Positions 51,391 to 63,599 of a stretch of DNA of 64,000 bases are shown in pieces (the stretch's first letter is position 1; every line of letters starts with the position of its first letter). A program made the translations under genes and the position numbers. Below the pieces are notes generated by a model. It was not told the origin of the DNA and made no database searches. It was given only the letters and a program-made list of their open reading frames with translations. Where the stretch lies: the NCBI GenBank assembly GCA_977020255.1, contig CDROCS010003593.1, positions 62,001 through 126,000 on the forward strand, written 5' to 3'. The stretch comes from Obrimoposthia wandeli. Lineage: Eukaryota.

Positions 51391-53184
51391 TTGAAGATGA
51401 AGAATATTCGTAATTTTTGCATAATTGCCCATATCGACCACGGAAAAAGCACACTTGCCGATCGATTATTACAAGTAACTGGAACTGTCAGCGAACGCCA
51501 ACAGCAAGCTCAAGTACTTGATGATATGGATTTGGAACGTGAACGTGGTATCACCATTAAGAGTCATGCCATTCAGATGGACTATACTGAAAAAGGTGAA
51601 GATTATGTATTAAATCTGATTGACACACCAGGACACGTCGATTTCTCTTATGAGGTATCAAGGTCTATTGCTGCATGCGAAGGCGCCTTGTTAATTGTCG
51701 ACTCTACTCAAGGTATACAAGCACAAACCATCTCCAATCTGTATTTAGCAATTGAACAAGATTTGGAAATTATTCCGGTTCTGAATAAAATTGATTTACC
51801 TAATGCTAACCCTGAAGATGTAGCAGATCAAATCGTTGATCTTTTAGGTTGTAAAAAAAGCGATATACTACTAGCTAGTGGTAAAACTGGAGAAGGTGTC
51901 CCTGAGATTTTAGACGCAATTATAGATAGAGTTCCTGCTCCAAAGGGAGATAATAAAGCTCCTTTACAAGCCTTAATTTTCGATTCTACATACAATGCTT
52001 TTCGTGGTATCATTACTTACATTAGAGTAATGAATGGTGAAATACGAAAAGGTGACTTGGTGAAATTCCTGAATACCGATAAAGAATATATTGCTGATGA
52101 AGTCGGAGTTTTGCGATTGGAACGTGAACCTCGCAAAATATTAAGTACTGGAGATGTCGGTTACATTGTATTGGGAATAAAAACATCTACAGAAGTTAAA
52201 GTAGGTGAAACCATTACAAACAAAATAAACCCTTGTGAAAAAGCAATCGAAGGATTTGAAGAGGTAAAACCAATGGTTTTTGCTGGTGTTTATCCTATCG
52301 ATAGTGAAGATTTCGAAGACTTACGTGCTTCGATGGAAAAATTAAAACTAAATGATGCTTCTCTTACTTTTGAGCCAGAATCGTCTTTAGCACTTGGTTT
52401 TGGTTTCCGATGTGGTTTCCTTGGCCTTTTACATATGGAAATTGTTCAAGAACGTTTGGATCGTGAGTTCAATATGAACGTGATCACTACAGTTCCTAAC
52501 GTATCGTATATAGCACATACCAGAAAAGGTGATGTATTCGAAATGCACAATCCTTCGGATATGCCTGACCCAAATTCACTGGAATTTATTGAAGAACCCT
52601 TTATACGTGCACAAATCATTACGAAATCTGAATTTGTTGGACCATTAATGACGCTTTGTTTGAGTAAACGAGGCATGATGACTAACCAGCAATACTTAAC
52701 CAGTGAACGTGTTGAGTTAACTTACGAGATGCCATTGGGTGAGATTGTATTCGACTTCTACGATAAACTGAAAAGCATTTCAAAAGGTTATGCCTCATTT
52801 GACTATTTCCTAATTGGTGTAAAACCTGCCAAATTGGTGAAACTAGATATTCTTTTAAATGGTGAGGGAGTAGATGCACTTTCAACATTGATCCATTTCG
52901 ATAATGCTCAATCATTCGGAAGAAGAATGTGTGAGAAGCTTAAAGAGCTAATTCCCCGACAGCAATTTGATATTGCTATACAAGGTGCAATTGGAGCTAA
53001 AATCATCTCTAGAGAGACTGTAAAGGCCGTTCGTAAGGATGTAACTGCAAAATGTTATGGTGGTGATATCTCTCGTAAACGTAAACTTCTTGAAAAACAG
53101 AAGAAAGGTAAGAAGAAGATGAAACAAATTGGTAATGTAGAAGTACCACAAAAAGCTTTCTTAGCTGTTCTTAAGCTAGATTAA
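51391..53184 (+). CDS. lepA: Elongation factor 4 (LepA)
   Basis: [52 protein letters not shown]. Confidence 0.98.
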   Translation: MKMKNIRNFCIIAHIDHGKSTLADRLLQVTGTVSERQQQAQVLDDMDLERERGITIKSHAIQMDYTEKGEDYVLNLIDTPGHVDFSYEVSRSIAACEGALLIVDSTQGIQAQTISNLYLAIEQDLEIIPVLNKIDLPNANPEDVADQIVDLLGCKKSDILLASGKTGEGVPEILDAIIDRVPAPKGDNKAPLQALIFDSTYNAFRGIITYIRVMNGEIRKGDLVKFLNTDKEYIADEVGVLRLEREPRKILSTGDVGYIVLGIKTSTEVKVGETITNKINPCEKAIEGFEEVKPMVFAGVYPIDSEDFEDLRASMEKLKLNDASLTFEPESSLALGFGFRCGFLGLLHMEIVQERLDREFNMNVITTVPNVSYIAHTRKGDVFEMHNPSDMPDPNSLEFIEEPFIRAQIITKSEFVGPLMTLCLSKRGMMTNQQYLTSERVELTYEMPLGEIVFDFYDKLKSISKGYASFDYFLIGVKPAKLVKLDILLNGEGVDALSTLIHFDNAQSFGRRMCEKLKELIPRQQFDIAIQGAIGAKIISRETVKAVRKDVTAKCYGGDISRKRKLLEKQKKGKKKMKQIGNVEVPQKAFLAVLKLD

Positions 53185-53212
53185 TATAGCTTTCCTTTAT
53201 TAAAATATATTT

Positions 53213-53240
53213 AAACCCTTCGATTTATCGAGGGGTTTTT
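53213..53240 (+). terminator. lepA terminator
   Basis: aaacccttcga / tcgaggggttt plus T run. Confidence 0.8.
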
Positions 53241-53512
53241 CTTTGACTATAATTCAACATTAAAGTTTCCTTAAATCTTTTTAGTCAAAGATTAAAGGCT
53301 TTTAAATAAAACGAGTCCTAATTTTGAAAGTCATAATTAATCAATCCTAGATTTCAATAATCATGAAACGATAATCACTTTTTACTCTAATAGATCAACT
53401 CATCTTTATTTATTCACAAAGGCATCTTCCAGAGAACCAGAATAAAAAGAAACAATTAAGTTTATATCATAAAAGAGGCAATAGATATTCCTGGACGAGA
53501 CAAGCTAAAATA

Positions 53513-53548
53513 CAAAAGAGGATGATAGCTTACTATCATCCTCTTTTG
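53513..53548 (-). terminator. Terminator of acpP-fabF-rnc
   Basis: caaaagaggatgatag / ctatcatcctcttttg perfect stem. Confidence 0.85.
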
Positions 53549-53577
53549 CTCTGCGAGCAGAATATAATTAACTACAA

Positions 53578-54324
53578 CTATGCTGTAGCTACCAAAGGTT
53601 CCTCGAGCTGAATTAAAGCTTCTTTTGCAGCCATTTGCTGAGCTTCCTTCTTAGATGCACCAATACCTTTTCCCAGCATGTTTTTCTCAACTTCAACTTC
53701 AGAAATGAATACAGGCAATTTCATCACCTTATCTAATCCATTTTCACGAGTATCGAAAACAACATCCTTTTTATTTTTCTGAGCCCACTCAATAAGTTTG
53801 CTCTTAAAGTTTGTCTCTACTGTAACCACTTCTTCAATGTTGATGTAGTTACGGAAAATTTTATCTTCGATAAAAGTTTTAGTTACAGAATAGCCTTGAT
53901 CAAGAAAAATAGCTCCTATCAAAGCTTCGAATGCATCACCATAAATATGCTTGTTGTTATTCAGGTTGACATTCGACATAACCTGCTTATCCAATCCAAT
54001 TGTAAGAGCTAACCTATTTAAAGATTCACGACTAACGATTTTAGAACGGATTTGAGTAAGAAACCCCTCACTCTTGTTGGGAAAGTATTTGTAAAGAATA
54101 TCAGCCGTTATAGATCCTAATATGGCATCTCCTAAATATTCGAGACGTTCATTATTCATAGGAGCTCCATCCTTACAGGGGATAGACGCTGATTTATGCA
54201 CAAGCGCAAGCTCATACAAATCGATTTTATTAGGCGTAAAGCCCAAAAGATCAAAAGTCAATCCATAAAACTCCCTCTTAGGTAAGAAACGAAGTTTTAT
54301 GGATTGAATAATAGATTTAATCAC
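53578..54324 (-). CDS. rnc: Ribonuclease III
   Basis: NERLEYLGDAIL, DAFEALIGA, dsRBD with SKKEAQQ. Confidence 0.97.
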   Translation of the reverse strand: MIKSIIQSIKLRFLPKREFYGLTFDLLGFTPNKIDLYELALVHKSASIPCKDGAPMNNERLEYLGDAILGSITADILYKYFPNKSEGFLTQIRSKIVSRESLNRLALTIGLDKQVMSNVNLNNNKHIYGDAFEALIGAIFLDQGYSVTKTFIEDKIFRNYINIEEVVTVETNFKSKLIEWAQKNKKDVVFDTRENGLDKVMKLPVFISEVEVEKNMLGKGIGASKKEAQQMAAKEALIQLEEPLVATA

Positions 54325-54327
54325 AAA

Positions 54328-55581
54328 TTATTCAGTAAAAGATTTGAAAATTACTGAAGCATTGTGTCCACCAAAACCAAACGTGTTGCTTAAAGCAGCT
54401 CTGATAGGGCGCTTTTGAGCAGTGTGTAGAGTCAGGTTTAATTTCTCATCAATTTCAGGATCTTGTTCTCTGTGATGGATAGTTGGCGGTACAGTAGAGT
54501 TATTAATTGCTAGAATACTAGCGATAGCTTCAACTGAACCGGCAGCTCCCAAGAGATGACCTGTCATTGATTTGGTAGAACTAATGTTCACATTGTATGC
54601 ATGCTCACCTAAAACAGTTTTAACTGCTCTCAATTCTGGGATATCTCCTACTGGAGTAGATGTTCCATGAACGTTGATGTAGTCTAGATCTTCAGGTTGC
54701 ATATTAGCATCGTTCAATGCCATTTTCATAGCATTTATTGCACCACGTCCTTCAGGATGTGTTGCTGTCAAGTGATAAGCATCACCAGACATCCCACCAC
54801 CAACAATTTCAGCATATATTTTAGCACCACGAGCCTTAGCGTGTTCATATTCTTCAAGAATAAGAGCGCCAGCGCCTTCTCCCATTACAAAACCGTCACG
54901 GGTTTTACAAAATGGACGAGATGCTTCTTTATAGTCATCATTGTTAGTTGAAAGGGCCTGCATTGAGTTAAATCCACCCAATCCCGCTTCATTAATCGAA
55001 GCTTCTGAACCACCTGATATAAAGATATCAGCTTTACCCAAACGGATATAGTTCATTGCATCAATCATAGCGTGAGTTGATGAAGCACATGCAGATACTG
55101 TACCGTAGTTCGGTCCCTGGAAACCATATTTCATTGAAATATGACCGGCAGCAATATCAGAAATCATCTTAGGAATAAAGAAAGGAGAGAAACGAGGAGT
55201 TCCGTCCCCGTTTGCATATCCTGTTACTTCATCTAAGAAAGTCTTAATTCCGCCAATTCCAGAACCCCAAATTACTCCGGCTCTTGTTAAATCTTCTGCC
55301 TCCAAATCGAAACCTGCATCCTCAACCGCTTCTTTAGCAGCAATTAAAGCATACTGCGCATAAAGATCGAGTTTACGAACTTCTTTGCGATCGAAATGAG
55401 CTTTAGGGTCGAAGTTTTTAACCTCGCAAGCAAACTTAGTCTTGAACTTTGAAGCATCGAACTGTTGAATCATATCAGATCCACTCACTCCGTTCTTCAA
55501 ACTTTCCCAATATTCAGCAATATTATTACCAATTGGGTTAATGGTTCCAAGACCAGTTACTACTACTCTTTTAAGTTCCAT
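54328..55581 (-). CDS. fabF: 3-oxoacyl-ACP synthase II
   Basis: VVVTGLG, SACASS, HGTST, KSMTGHLLGAAG, NTFGFGGHN. Confidence 0.97.
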   Translation of the reverse strand: MELKRVVVTGLGTINPIGNNIAEYWESLKNGVSGSDMIQQFDASKFKTKFACEVKNFDPKAHFDRKEVRKLDLYAQYALIAAKEAVEDAGFDLEAEDLTRAGVIWGSGIGGIKTFLDEVTGYANGDGTPRFSPFFIPKMISDIAAGHISMKYGFQGPNYGTVSACASSTHAMIDAMNYIRLGKADIFISGGSEASINEAGLGGFNSMQALSTNNDDYKEASRPFCKTRDGFVMGEGAGALILEEYEHAKARGAKIYAEIVGGGMSGDAYHLTATHPEGRGAINAMKMALNDANMQPEDLDYINVHGTSTPVGDIPELRAVKTVLGEHAYNVNISSTKSMTGHLLGAAGSVEAIASILAINNSTVPPTIHHREQDPEIDEKLNLTLHTAQKRPIRAALSNTFGFGGHNASVIFKSFTE

Positions 55582-55603
55582 AAAAAAGGTTCTGGTTAAT
55601 TAA

Positions 55604-55840
55604 TTACTTAGCGTTCTCTTCGATATAAGAAATAGCGGCACCTACAGTCCCGATGTTTTCAGCTTGATCGTCTGGAATAGCAATGTTAAATTCTTTTTCG
55701 AATTCCATGATTAACTCAACGGTATCCAATGAATCAGCTCCTAGGTCGTTAGTGAAGCTAGCTTCGATAGCAACTTCAGTTTCATCAACACCCAATTTGT
55801 CAACAATGATTGCTTTTACTCTAGATGCAATATCAGACAT
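55604..55840 (-). CDS. acpP: Acyl carrier protein
   Basis: [14 protein letters not shown]; upstream TATCTTTG at 55946-55953. Confidence 0.98.
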   Translation of the reverse strand: MSDIASRVKAIIVDKLGVDETEVAIEASFTNDLGADSLDTVELIMEFEKEFNIAIPDDQAENIGTVGAAISYIEENAK

Positions 55841-56229
55841 AACTTTAAAATTTTAGATTAATATTTAAAAAACTAATTATTTTCTAACTCTGCAAAGAAA
55901 TAAATTTAGAATATAAAATCAAACTTATTTCCACATAGCTGGACGCAAAGATAATCCTTTTTATTTCTCCTGTGAAAGGATTTACCATTAAATTAACCCC
56001 ACCCAAGGCCTCATACCTGATAACCTGCACGATAAGGAATAAAAAGCAAAGAGAAACTATCTTTTTTAATCGTTATTTATTAAGTGGTTTAAACTCTAAA
56101 CTCCTGAATAATAAGTAAAATACATAAATATTTAGTTCCTAATTATATCAGATAAAAATCATGATAATCAGAAGAGTATAAATTCATTTATTAACTAACT
56201 TTGCTGAGATTAAATACGAAACAACTAGT

Positions 56230-56799
56230 ATGAAAAGAATAGCCATTTTAGCTTCTGGATCAGGAAGTAATGCTGAAAATATTGCAACCTATTTCAAATC
56301 AAACTCTGATGTTGAAATCTCTATTATTCTCAGCAACAAAAAAGACGCCTTTGTTCTTGAAAGAGCAAACAAACTAAATATTCCAGGCCAATCATTCAAT
56401 CGAAATGATTTTTACGAAACAAATACTCTTGTTGACTTATTAAAAAGCAAACAAATTGATCTAGTCGTATTAGCAGGTTTTTTATGGCTCGTGCCTGATT
56501 CTCTTATTCGGGCTTTCCCTAATAAAATCGTTAATATCCATCCTGCTCTTCTTCCAAACTATGGAGGGAAAGGCATGTATGGTATGAATGTTCACAATGC
56601 TGTTATCAATAACAAAGAAAAAGAAAGCGGTATTACAATTCACCTTGTGAATGAAAAATACGATGATGGTGAAACCATTCTTCAGGCTAAATGTCAAATT
56701 GATGAAAATGATTCAGCTGAAGATCTTGCCAATAAAATTCACGAATTAGAGTACGAGCATTTCCCTCGTGCTATTGAAAGCTATTTAAATAAGCTTTAG
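56230..56799 (+). CDS. purN: Phosphoribosylglycinamide formyltransferase
   Basis: ASGSGSN, LAGF, NIHPALLP, HLVNEKYDDG; promoter TAACTTTG at 56196-56203. Confidence 0.97.
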   Translation: MKRIAILASGSGSNAENIATYFKSNSDVEISIILSNKKDAFVLERANKLNIPGQSFNRNDFYETNTLVDLLKSKQIDLVVLAGFLWLVPDSLIRAFPNKIVNIHPALLPNYGGKGMYGMNVHNAVINNKEKESGITIHLVNEKYDDGETILQAKCQIDENDSAEDLANKIHELEYEHFPRAIESYLNKL

Positions 56800-56822
56800 A
56801 AAATAAGTCATTATTAGATATC

Positions 56823-56860
56823 AAAAATGGGAGAAAGTTTTAAAACCTTCTCCCATTTTT
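56823..56860. terminator. Bidirectional terminator between purN and the M23 gene
   Basis: aaaaatgggagaa / ttctcccattttt. Confidence 0.85.
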
Positions 56861-56875
56861 ATGCTTTATCTAAAA

Positions 56876-58184
56876 TTATTGTAGACCCTGGATTGTTGAA
56901 TCAAAAGCCACTTCCTCTTGAGCTATTTTCACGCCACCATCTAATTCAATCAATAATTGATCTTTTACTTTATTATAAGCCTCAACATTCTGTTCTGAAA
57001 TTGGCGCAACAGGAGGCGATTTCATTTTAAGAGGATTAATAGCTTTCCCATTTTTATGCACTCTAAAATCTAAATGCGGTCCTGTAGCCAAACCACTCGC
57101 TCCTACGTAACCAATAACTTGTCCTTGTTTTACCCTTGAGCCAACACCTACATGTTTTCCAAATCGTGAAAAGTGCATATAAGTTGTTATATATACAGAG
57201 TTGTGTTTAACCTTAAGGTAACGTCCTCCTCCTCTTTTCTGAAAGCCTTTTTTCACAATAACACCATCACCAATAGTCATTACTGGAGTTCCTGTTGGTG
57301 CTGCATAATCGATTCCATGATGAGCACGGTAACGTTTAAGAACAGGATGAAAACGTCTATTTGAAAATCTTGAACTTATACGAGAAAAACGAAGTGGAGC
57401 TTTCAAAAATGCTTTCTGTAAACTCTCTCCTTCTTCATTAAAATAACCGTCTTTCTCCCCATCAGTATAAGCGAAAGCATAATTATTTGATTTGTGATGC
57501 ACAAAATTCGCAGCTATCACTTTAAGCTGATGGATAGACTCGCCATCAATTAATTCTTCGTCGTATATAACATGAAATTCATCTCCTTTTCCAATTCCAA
57601 AGAAATCGATTGTCCATGCATAAATATCAGACAACTCCATAGAGAGAACAGGATCGGCATTGGAATCAACCATTGCATTCCATAATGAAGACTCAATTGT
57701 ACCACTAATCTGTTTACGGACTTTTGTAATTTCCTTTTGGCCTTTATAAACTTGAATTGTATCAGTTAAATCGAATACAATATATTCTTTTGGGGTGTTC
57801 TCGTAAATAAAATATTCAGCAGTTTTTAAGCTATCCTTAGTAAAAAGCACAGCATATTTCCTTCCTGATTTTATCTTTCGAACATTAAAAACGTTCTTCG
57901 CTTTTTGAGCAATCTCATAAATAAGTTTTGAGGACACACCTTGCTTATCTAATATTACAGAAAGTGTTTGATTGCGTTTTTATTTTAAATTCTTCGAGCT
58001 TAAAGTTATCTATAGGAAATCCGTATTTATAATTCACTTCCTGATTTTGGACTGAATCAATTAATACTGGTTTAGCTTTGTCAGTCTTAGTCAAGTCTAC
58101 ACCCGTTCTATTTCTAAGAAAAAATAAAACAACAAAAATAAGAACTGGAATTATTAAGTATTGAACTTTTAGAAAACGCTTCAT
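56876..58184 (-). CDS. M23 family peptidoglycan endopeptidase (MepM-like); one extra A near 57975
   Basis: HHGIDY and HLDF zinc motifs. Removing one A from the A5 run fuses 57945-58184 with 56876-57937 (KIKRNQTLSVILDKQGVSSK). Confidence 0.88.
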
Positions 58185-58312
58185 AAAATAATTTAATCTT
58201 CAAAAATTAAAATTTGGTCAGATCTCTTCAATAAATCAGCCCATACAATCCACCCTTTTCTTTCTCCTAGCTGACTTCGTCGTCGAAGTTAAGATATATT
58301 ATATGTGGATAC

Positions 58313-58351
58313 AAATTGCCGGGTAATAGAATCATCTACACCCGGCAATTT
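58313..58351 (-). terminator. Terminator after the yitT genes
   Basis: aaattgccgggt / acccggcaattt. Confidence 0.75.
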
Positions 58352-58397
58352 TAACATTATTAAACCTATTGATTTATTTCATCAGAAACAACCAATA

Positions 58398-59258
58398 TTA
58401 TTTTATTTTATCGAAACCTTGTCCGTATACACCCATTACAGATCCCATTGAAATAAAAGCATCTGGATCAACAATTTTCACCATCTTAAGAATCGCCTGA
58501 GAATCTTTCTTTTTTGCTAGAAGCATCAATACCTTTACATCCTCCTGAGAATAACCTCCCTTAGCTTGAAGCTCAGTCATTCCTTGACTTAAAGTCGTAA
58601 TAAGCTCTGTTCTCATCACATCATATTTTTTTGTGAAAATAAAAATTTGAACAGATTGTTTCGCTCCTTCAATCGCCATATCTACACAATAAGCACTCAC
58701 CCCCATCGCTACAAAACCATAAACAACTTGCTCAATGGAATTTGATACAAAGTATGATGAAGAAATAATAATAAGATCCAAAGTCAAAAGAAGTTGACCG
58801 GGGCTATAATTACGGTATTTATTTATCATCATGGCAATAATATCAGTACCTCCAGTACTTCCACCTTGCGATAATATCAAACCTGCACTTGCTCCAGCCA
58901 TAATACCACCAATTATAGCACACATAAATTTGTCACTAACTATTGGTTCGGTAATAATCGATTGCAATAGCCACAAAAAGAAGGATAATACAATAGTGGC
59001 AAATATGGTTTTGATTCCAAACCCAAAACCTAGCACTTTCATGCCTAGAATCAGCAATAAACCATTTATAATAAAAACAGAATACCCAACCTTAAAACCT
59101 GTTGCAAAATAGATAATAGTAGCCATACCAGTAACTCCACCTCCTACAATTCCAGATGGAATTAGGAAGCCTGTCCAACCAATAGAACCAATAAAAAGTC
59201 CAAGAGCAATAATAAAATAAGATTTAAATTGCTTGGTGAAATTTATAACACTTACCAT
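58398..59258 (-). CDS. YitT family membrane protein (copy 2)
   Basis: GGGVTG, GGSTGGTDIIA, DPDAFI; own promoter TAGCTTTG near 59304-59311. Confidence 0.9.
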   Translation of the reverse strand: MVSVINFTKQFKSYFIIALGLFIGSIGWTGFLIPSGIVGGGVTGMATIIYFATGFKVGYSVFIINGLLLILGMKVLGFGFGIKTIFATIVLSFFLWLLQSIITEPIVSDKFMCAIIGGIMAGASAGLILSQGGSTGGTDIIAMMINKYRNYSPGQLLLTLDLIIISSSYFVSNSIEQVVYGFVAMGVSAYCVDMAIEGAKQSVQIFIFTKKYDVMRTELITTLSQGMTELQAKGGYSQEDVKVLMLLAKKKDSQAILKMVKIVDPDAFISMGSVMGVYGQGFDKIK

Positions 59259-59326
59259 TATATAATTTTAAAATATTTTCCCCACATCGGGTTTCGTTTT
59301 CGGGCACAAAGCTAGTAAGATTTTCC

Positions 59327-60187
59327 TTACGCACGAATTTCTTCGAAGCCAAAACCATAAACTCCCATAACAGAGCCCATGGAAATAAATGCATCAGGAT
59401 CATGCTGTTTCACTATTTTGAAAACCTGTGGAGCTTCATGTTTACGAACGACAACCATCAGCATCTTTTTATTTTCCTTTGAGTACCATCCCATGGCATC
59501 GATAACAGAAATTCCTCTGTTAATATTTAAACCAATCTCATCGGCCAATGTTTCATGATCCTTTGTAATAATAAACATTTGTGCTGATTGTTTACTCCCA
59601 CTAATAACCATATCGATAGCATAAGAAGCAACACCCATACACACATACCCGTAAACAATAGTAGGTACATCACCAAAAACAATATAAGAAGATGCAATAA
59701 TAAAGACATCGATATATAAAATGACACGTCCTGGACTGATATTCCTATATTTGTTTATAATCATGGCTATAATATCGGTACCTCCACTACTACCACCCTG
59801 CGAAATAGTAATGCCAACTCCAGCACCACCTAATATACCTCCAATAATTGCAGCCATAAATTTATCATCAACTAAGGGTGCAGTAAAGAAATTTTGCTGA
59901 ACACTAAGAAAAACTGAACCCAATAAAATAGCATAGATGGTTTTGGCACCAAATTTAGGTCCAAGAATTTTTAAAGCTATTATTATCAAAAAACAATTAA
60001 TGATAAAGTAAGACACACCAACAGGAATAGTCTCTCCAGAACCATAAAAAATTAAAGTTCCAATACCACTAACACCACCACCAATGATCTCTGATGGAAT
60101 TAAAAAGGCTGTCCAGCCAAAACTATAAATTGCCAATCCTAGGGCTATGATTAGATAGGATTTCAATTCAGCAGTGTTCATTTTCAT
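59327..60187 (-). CDS. YitT family membrane protein (copy 1)
   Basis: GGGVSG, GGSSGGTDIIA, DPDAFI. Confidence 0.9.
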   Translation of the reverse strand: MKMNTAELKSYLIIALGLAIYSFGWTAFLIPSEIIGGGVSGIGTLIFYGSGETIPVGVSYFIINCFLIIIALKILGPKFGAKTIYAILLGSVFLSVQQNFFTAPLVDDKFMAAIIGGILGGAGVGITISQGGSSGGTDIIAMIINKYRNISPGRVILYIDVFIIASSYIVFGDVPTIVYGYVCMGVASYAIDMVISGSKQSAQMFIITKDHETLADEIGLNINRGISVIDAMGWYSKENKKMLMVVVRKHEAPQVFKIVKQHDPDAFISMGSVMGVYGFGFEEIRA

Positions 60188-60240
60188 TTTCTTAATTATT
60201 ATTTTTTTGAGATTAATATTACGCTTTACCTTAAAAAAAG

Positions 60241-60283
60241 AAAAGCTCCAGTTTCATTGAGTAGTCAATGGAACTGAAGCTTT
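60241..60283 (-). terminator. leuS terminator
   Basis: aaagct.cagtt.cattga / tcaatg.aactg.agcttt. Confidence 0.78.
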
Positions 60284-60309
60284 TCAAATATGAATTATTA
60301 GCTTTCTGT

Positions 60310-63078
60310 TTAGACTACTATATTTACGATTTTCTTAGGGACAATGATCACCTTTTTAGGGGTTTTACCATCAATCCATTTCTGGGCCTGTTCACAAGTC
60401 ATCACGGCCTGTTCTATTTCATCTTTACTCAGACTTAACGAAAGCTCAAGTATGAATCTCATTTTCCCATTAAATGACACAGGATATGAGTAGACATCTT
60501 CAACTAAATACGATTCATTAAAGACAGGGAAAGTCGCATCGGTAATACTATTGGTATTTCCACACAGCTTCCAAAGTTCTTCAGTAACATGAGGTGCAAA
60601 AGATGCTAACAGAGTAAGTAGTTCTTCTAAAATTGCTTTCTTATTACACTTCGCACTATTCAGCTCATTTACACAAATCATAAATGCCGAGACTGACGTA
60701 TTGAATGAGAAACGTTCAATATCATCTTGAATCTTCTTAATGGTTTTATGTAGTATTTTATATTCAGCCTTAGTTGGTTCATCTGTTGAAATCACGAATT
60801 CATTCTGATCGTTATGGAATAAACGCCACAACTTCTTCAAGAATTTATGAACACCATCAATTCCATTAGTATCCCAAGGTTTTGATGCCTCTAATGGTCC
60901 TAAGAACATCTCATACAAACGAAGTGTATCTGCACCATATTCATCAACAATCACATCAGGATTAACCACGTTAAACATCGATTTCGACATTTTCTCTACA
61001 GCCCAACCACAAATGTATTTACCATCTTCCAATACAAATTCTGCATCAGTATACTCAGGCATCCAATTTTTGAAAGCTTCAGTATCTAAAACATCGTTTT
61101 TAACGATATTTACATCAACATGAATTTGAGTCGTATCGTGATCTTTTCTCAAACCATATGACACATATTTGTTGGTATTCTTAATACGATAAACAAAGTT
61201 TGAACGACCTTGAATCATACCTTGATTAATCAATTTCTTGAAAGGCTCATTCTTACACACTTTACCTATATCGAAAAGGAATTTATTCCAAAAACGTGAA
61301 TAGATCAAGTGACCAGTTGCGTGCTCAGTACCTCCAATATACAAGTCTACATCTTGCCAATATTCATTTACCTCCTCAGATACCAACGCGTCATTATTAC
61401 GAGGATCCATATAACGTAAATAATAAGCTGATGAACCTGCAAAGCCAGGCATGGTATTCAACTCAATAGGATAACCATCTTCAGTCGTCCAATTTGTTGC
61501 ACGTCCCAATGGTGGCTCACCTGTTTCGGTTGGTAAATATTTATCAACCTCAGGTAACTCAAGAGGCAATTTATCTGCATCCATCATTTGTGGCATACCA
61601 TCCTTAAAATAAACCGGGAATGGTTCACCCCAATAACGCTGACGAGAGAAAATAGCATCACGCAATCGGAAATTGATTTTACGCTTACCTAATCCTCTTT
61701 CTTCAATTTCAACATTTGCTTTTACAATAGCATCTTTAACATCCAGGCCATTCATAAAATCTGAATTGATCATCTCACCAGATTTTGCATCGTAAGATTC
61801 TTCGCTAATATCACCTCCTGATACAACAGGTACAATTGGCAAATCGAATTTCTTTGCAAAAGCGTAGTCACGACTATCATGAGCAGGAACGGCCATGATA
61901 GCACCTGTTCCATATCCAGCCAAAACGTAATCACTTATCCATACAGGAATTGCTTCTCCTGAAAATGGATGTATAGCATACGAGCCTGTAAATTCACCAC
62001 TAACCGTCTTAACATCGGCCATACGTTCTCTTTCAGTACGCTTTTTAGTAGCTGCAATATAAGCTGCAATTTTTTCTTTATATTCTGGAGTTGTTAATTG
62101 ATCTACTAACTCACTTTCTGGAGCCAAAACCATAAAACTAACTCCGAAAATCGTATCAGGTCTGGTTGTAAAAACCGTCATACGTACATCAGAATCCTTC
62201 ACCATGAAGTCCATCTCTGCACCTTCTGAACGACCAATCCAGTTACGCTGAATTTCTTTTAACGAATCAGTCCACTCAAGACTCTCCATATCTTCAAGTA
62301 AACGCTTTGCATAAGCAGATACTCTTAGAGACCATTGACGCATTTTTTTCTGCTCAACAGGATAACCTCCACGAACAGATAAACCATCTTTAATTTCATC
62401 ATTAGCAAGCACAGTACCCAACTGAGGACACCAGTTCACTAAAGTATTCGCCAAATAAGCTAAACGGTAATTTAATAGAATAGTATCTTGCTCTTTTTCA
62501 TTTAGAACATTCCACTCCTCAGCCGTAAAAATATCTTCTTGAGAAGTAGCAGCATTAACACCTGCATTTCCCTTAGTTTCAAATTCAATTACCAAATCAG
62601 AAATAGCTTCAGCTTTTTGAGTTTTACTATTGAAATAATGTTTAAACATTTCAATAAAAGCCCACTGAGTCCATTTGTAATATTCAGGATCAGAAGTACG
62701 AACCTCTCTATCCCAATCGTAAGAAAATCCAATTTTATCTAACTGCTGACGATATCTTTTGATATTTACTTCAGTCGTTATAGCAGGATGTTGTCCCGTT
62801 TGAATCGCATATTGCTCAGCAGGTAAACCATAGGCATCGTAGCCCATTGGGTGCAATACATTAAAACCTTTTAAACGCTTATAGCGAGAGTATATATCAG
62901 AAGCAATATAGCCAAGTGGATGACCAACATGTAATCCAGCACCCGATGGGTAAGGGAACATATCGAGAACATAAAATTTTGGTTTACTTGTATCAACATC
63001 AACTTTATAAGTCTTGTTATCAACCCAAAACTTCTGCCACTTTTTTTCTATTTCTTTAAAATTGTATTCCATGTTCAA
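60310..63078 (-). CDS. leuS: Leucyl-tRNA synthetase
   Basis: [43 protein letters not shown]. Confidence 0.98.
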   Translation of the reverse strand: MNMEYNFKEIEKKWQKFWVDNKTYKVDVDTSKPKFYVLDMFPYPSGAGLHVGHPLGYIASDIYSRYKRLKGFNVLHPMGYDAYGLPAEQYAIQTGQHPAITTEVNIKRYRQQLDKIGFSYDWDREVRTSDPEYYKWTQWAFIEMFKHYFNSKTQKAEAISDLVIEFETKGNAGVNAATSQEDIFTAEEWNVLNEKEQDTILLNYRLAYLANTLVNWCPQLGTVLANDEIKDGLSVRGGYPVEQKKMRQWSLRVSAYAKRLLEDMESLEWTDSLKEIQRNWIGRSEGAEMDFMVKDSDVRMTVFTTRPDTIFGVSFMVLAPESELVDQLTTPEYKEKIAAYIAATKKRTERERMADVKTVSGEFTGSYAIHPFSGEAIPVWISDYVLAGYGTGAIMAVPAHDSRDYAFAKKFDLPIVPVVSGGDISEESYDAKSGEMINSDFMNGLDVKDAIVKANVEIEERGLGKRKINFRLRDAIFSRQRYWGEPFPVYFKDGMPQMMDADKLPLELPEVDKYLPTETGEPPLGRATNWTTEDGYPIELNTMPGFAGSSAYYLRYMDPRNNDALVSEEVNEYWQDVDLYIGGTEHATGHLIYSRFWNKFLFDIGKVCKNEPFKKLINQGMIQGRSNFVYRIKNTNKYVSYGLRKDHDTTQIHVDVNIVKNDVLDTEAFKNWMPEYTDAEFVLEDGKYICGWAVEKMSKSMFNVVNPDVIVDEYGADTLRLYEMFLGPLEASKPWDTNGIDGVHKFLKKLWRLFHNDQNEFVISTDEPTKAEYKILHKTIKKIQDDIERFSFNTSVSAFMICVNELNSAKCNKKAILEELLTLLASFAPHVTEELWKLCGNTNSITDATFPVFNESYLVEDVYSYPVSFNGKMRFILELSLSLSKDEIEQAVMTCEQAQKWIDGKTPKKVIIVPKKIVNIVV

Positions 63079-63415
63079 TAGCTAATTAGATATGAATTCC
63101 GATTTTACCGGGATAAGAAATGCTAGAATACTAGTTATTCCTATACTTCTACCTGATTGATAAATAAACGGTTTAGGTTATTCCATCATGCATCAATAAT
63201 TCAAATGCAAAACTTATAAGCCCAACCTTCATTAAGCCGCAAAATTAGTAAAAGTTTGAAATAAATATAGTCTTTATTCTAAAAAGAGAAATTATTATAT
63301 TTTGTCTATTAAATATTCATAGCTAATGATTAGCCTATTTAAAAAAATCAAAAGGCAAGCTAGAAGCCATTTTGAATAAATAATTAGATTAATTTTCTAA
63401 ATTTGTTCACGAAAT

Positions 63416-63489
63416 GGCTCCATAGTTCAGCTGAATAGAACGTCAGATTCCGGTTCTGGAGGTCATGGGTTTGAATCCCATTGGAGTCA
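63416..63489 (+). tRNA. tRNA-Arg(CCG)
   Basis: Acceptor stem GGCTCCA/TGGAGTC; anticodon arm TCAGA-TTCCGGT-TCTGG; T arm ATGGG-TTTGAAT-CCCAT; promoter TAAATTTG at 63398-63405. Confidence 0.93.
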
Positions 63490-63495
63490 CATAAA

Positions 63496-63525
63496 AAAAG
63501 CTCGAAGTATTAACTTCGAGCTTTT
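63496..63525 (+). terminator. tRNA terminator
   Basis: aaaagctcgaag / cttcgagctttt. Confidence 0.85.
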
Positions 63526-63547
63526 CTATTATCAAATTTATGGGAAC

Positions 63548-63578
63548 AAAAAAAAGGAGTCCATAAGGACTCCTTTTT
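63548..63578 (-). terminator. exbD terminator
   Basis: aaaaggagtcc / ggactcctttt with U run on the minus strand. Confidence 0.8.
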
Positions 63579-63599
63579 AAATATATATCGAATAATAAA

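Noticed and set aside
53300-53510. TAATTTTG box followed by ATGAAACGATAA (MKR*), which resembles a broken signal peptide
   Set aside because: No recoverable reading frame; may be a remnant or noise and cannot be supported
63080-63240. T-box or attenuator in the leuS leader
   Set aside because: No T-box consensus, terminator/antiterminator pair or Leu-rich leader peptide seen
63416-63491. tRNA with TTTGAAT T-loop and no encoded CCA as an aberrant tRNA or integration scar
   Set aside because: The cloverleaf is intact, such variants are common, and there is no integrase or duplicated 3' end nearby
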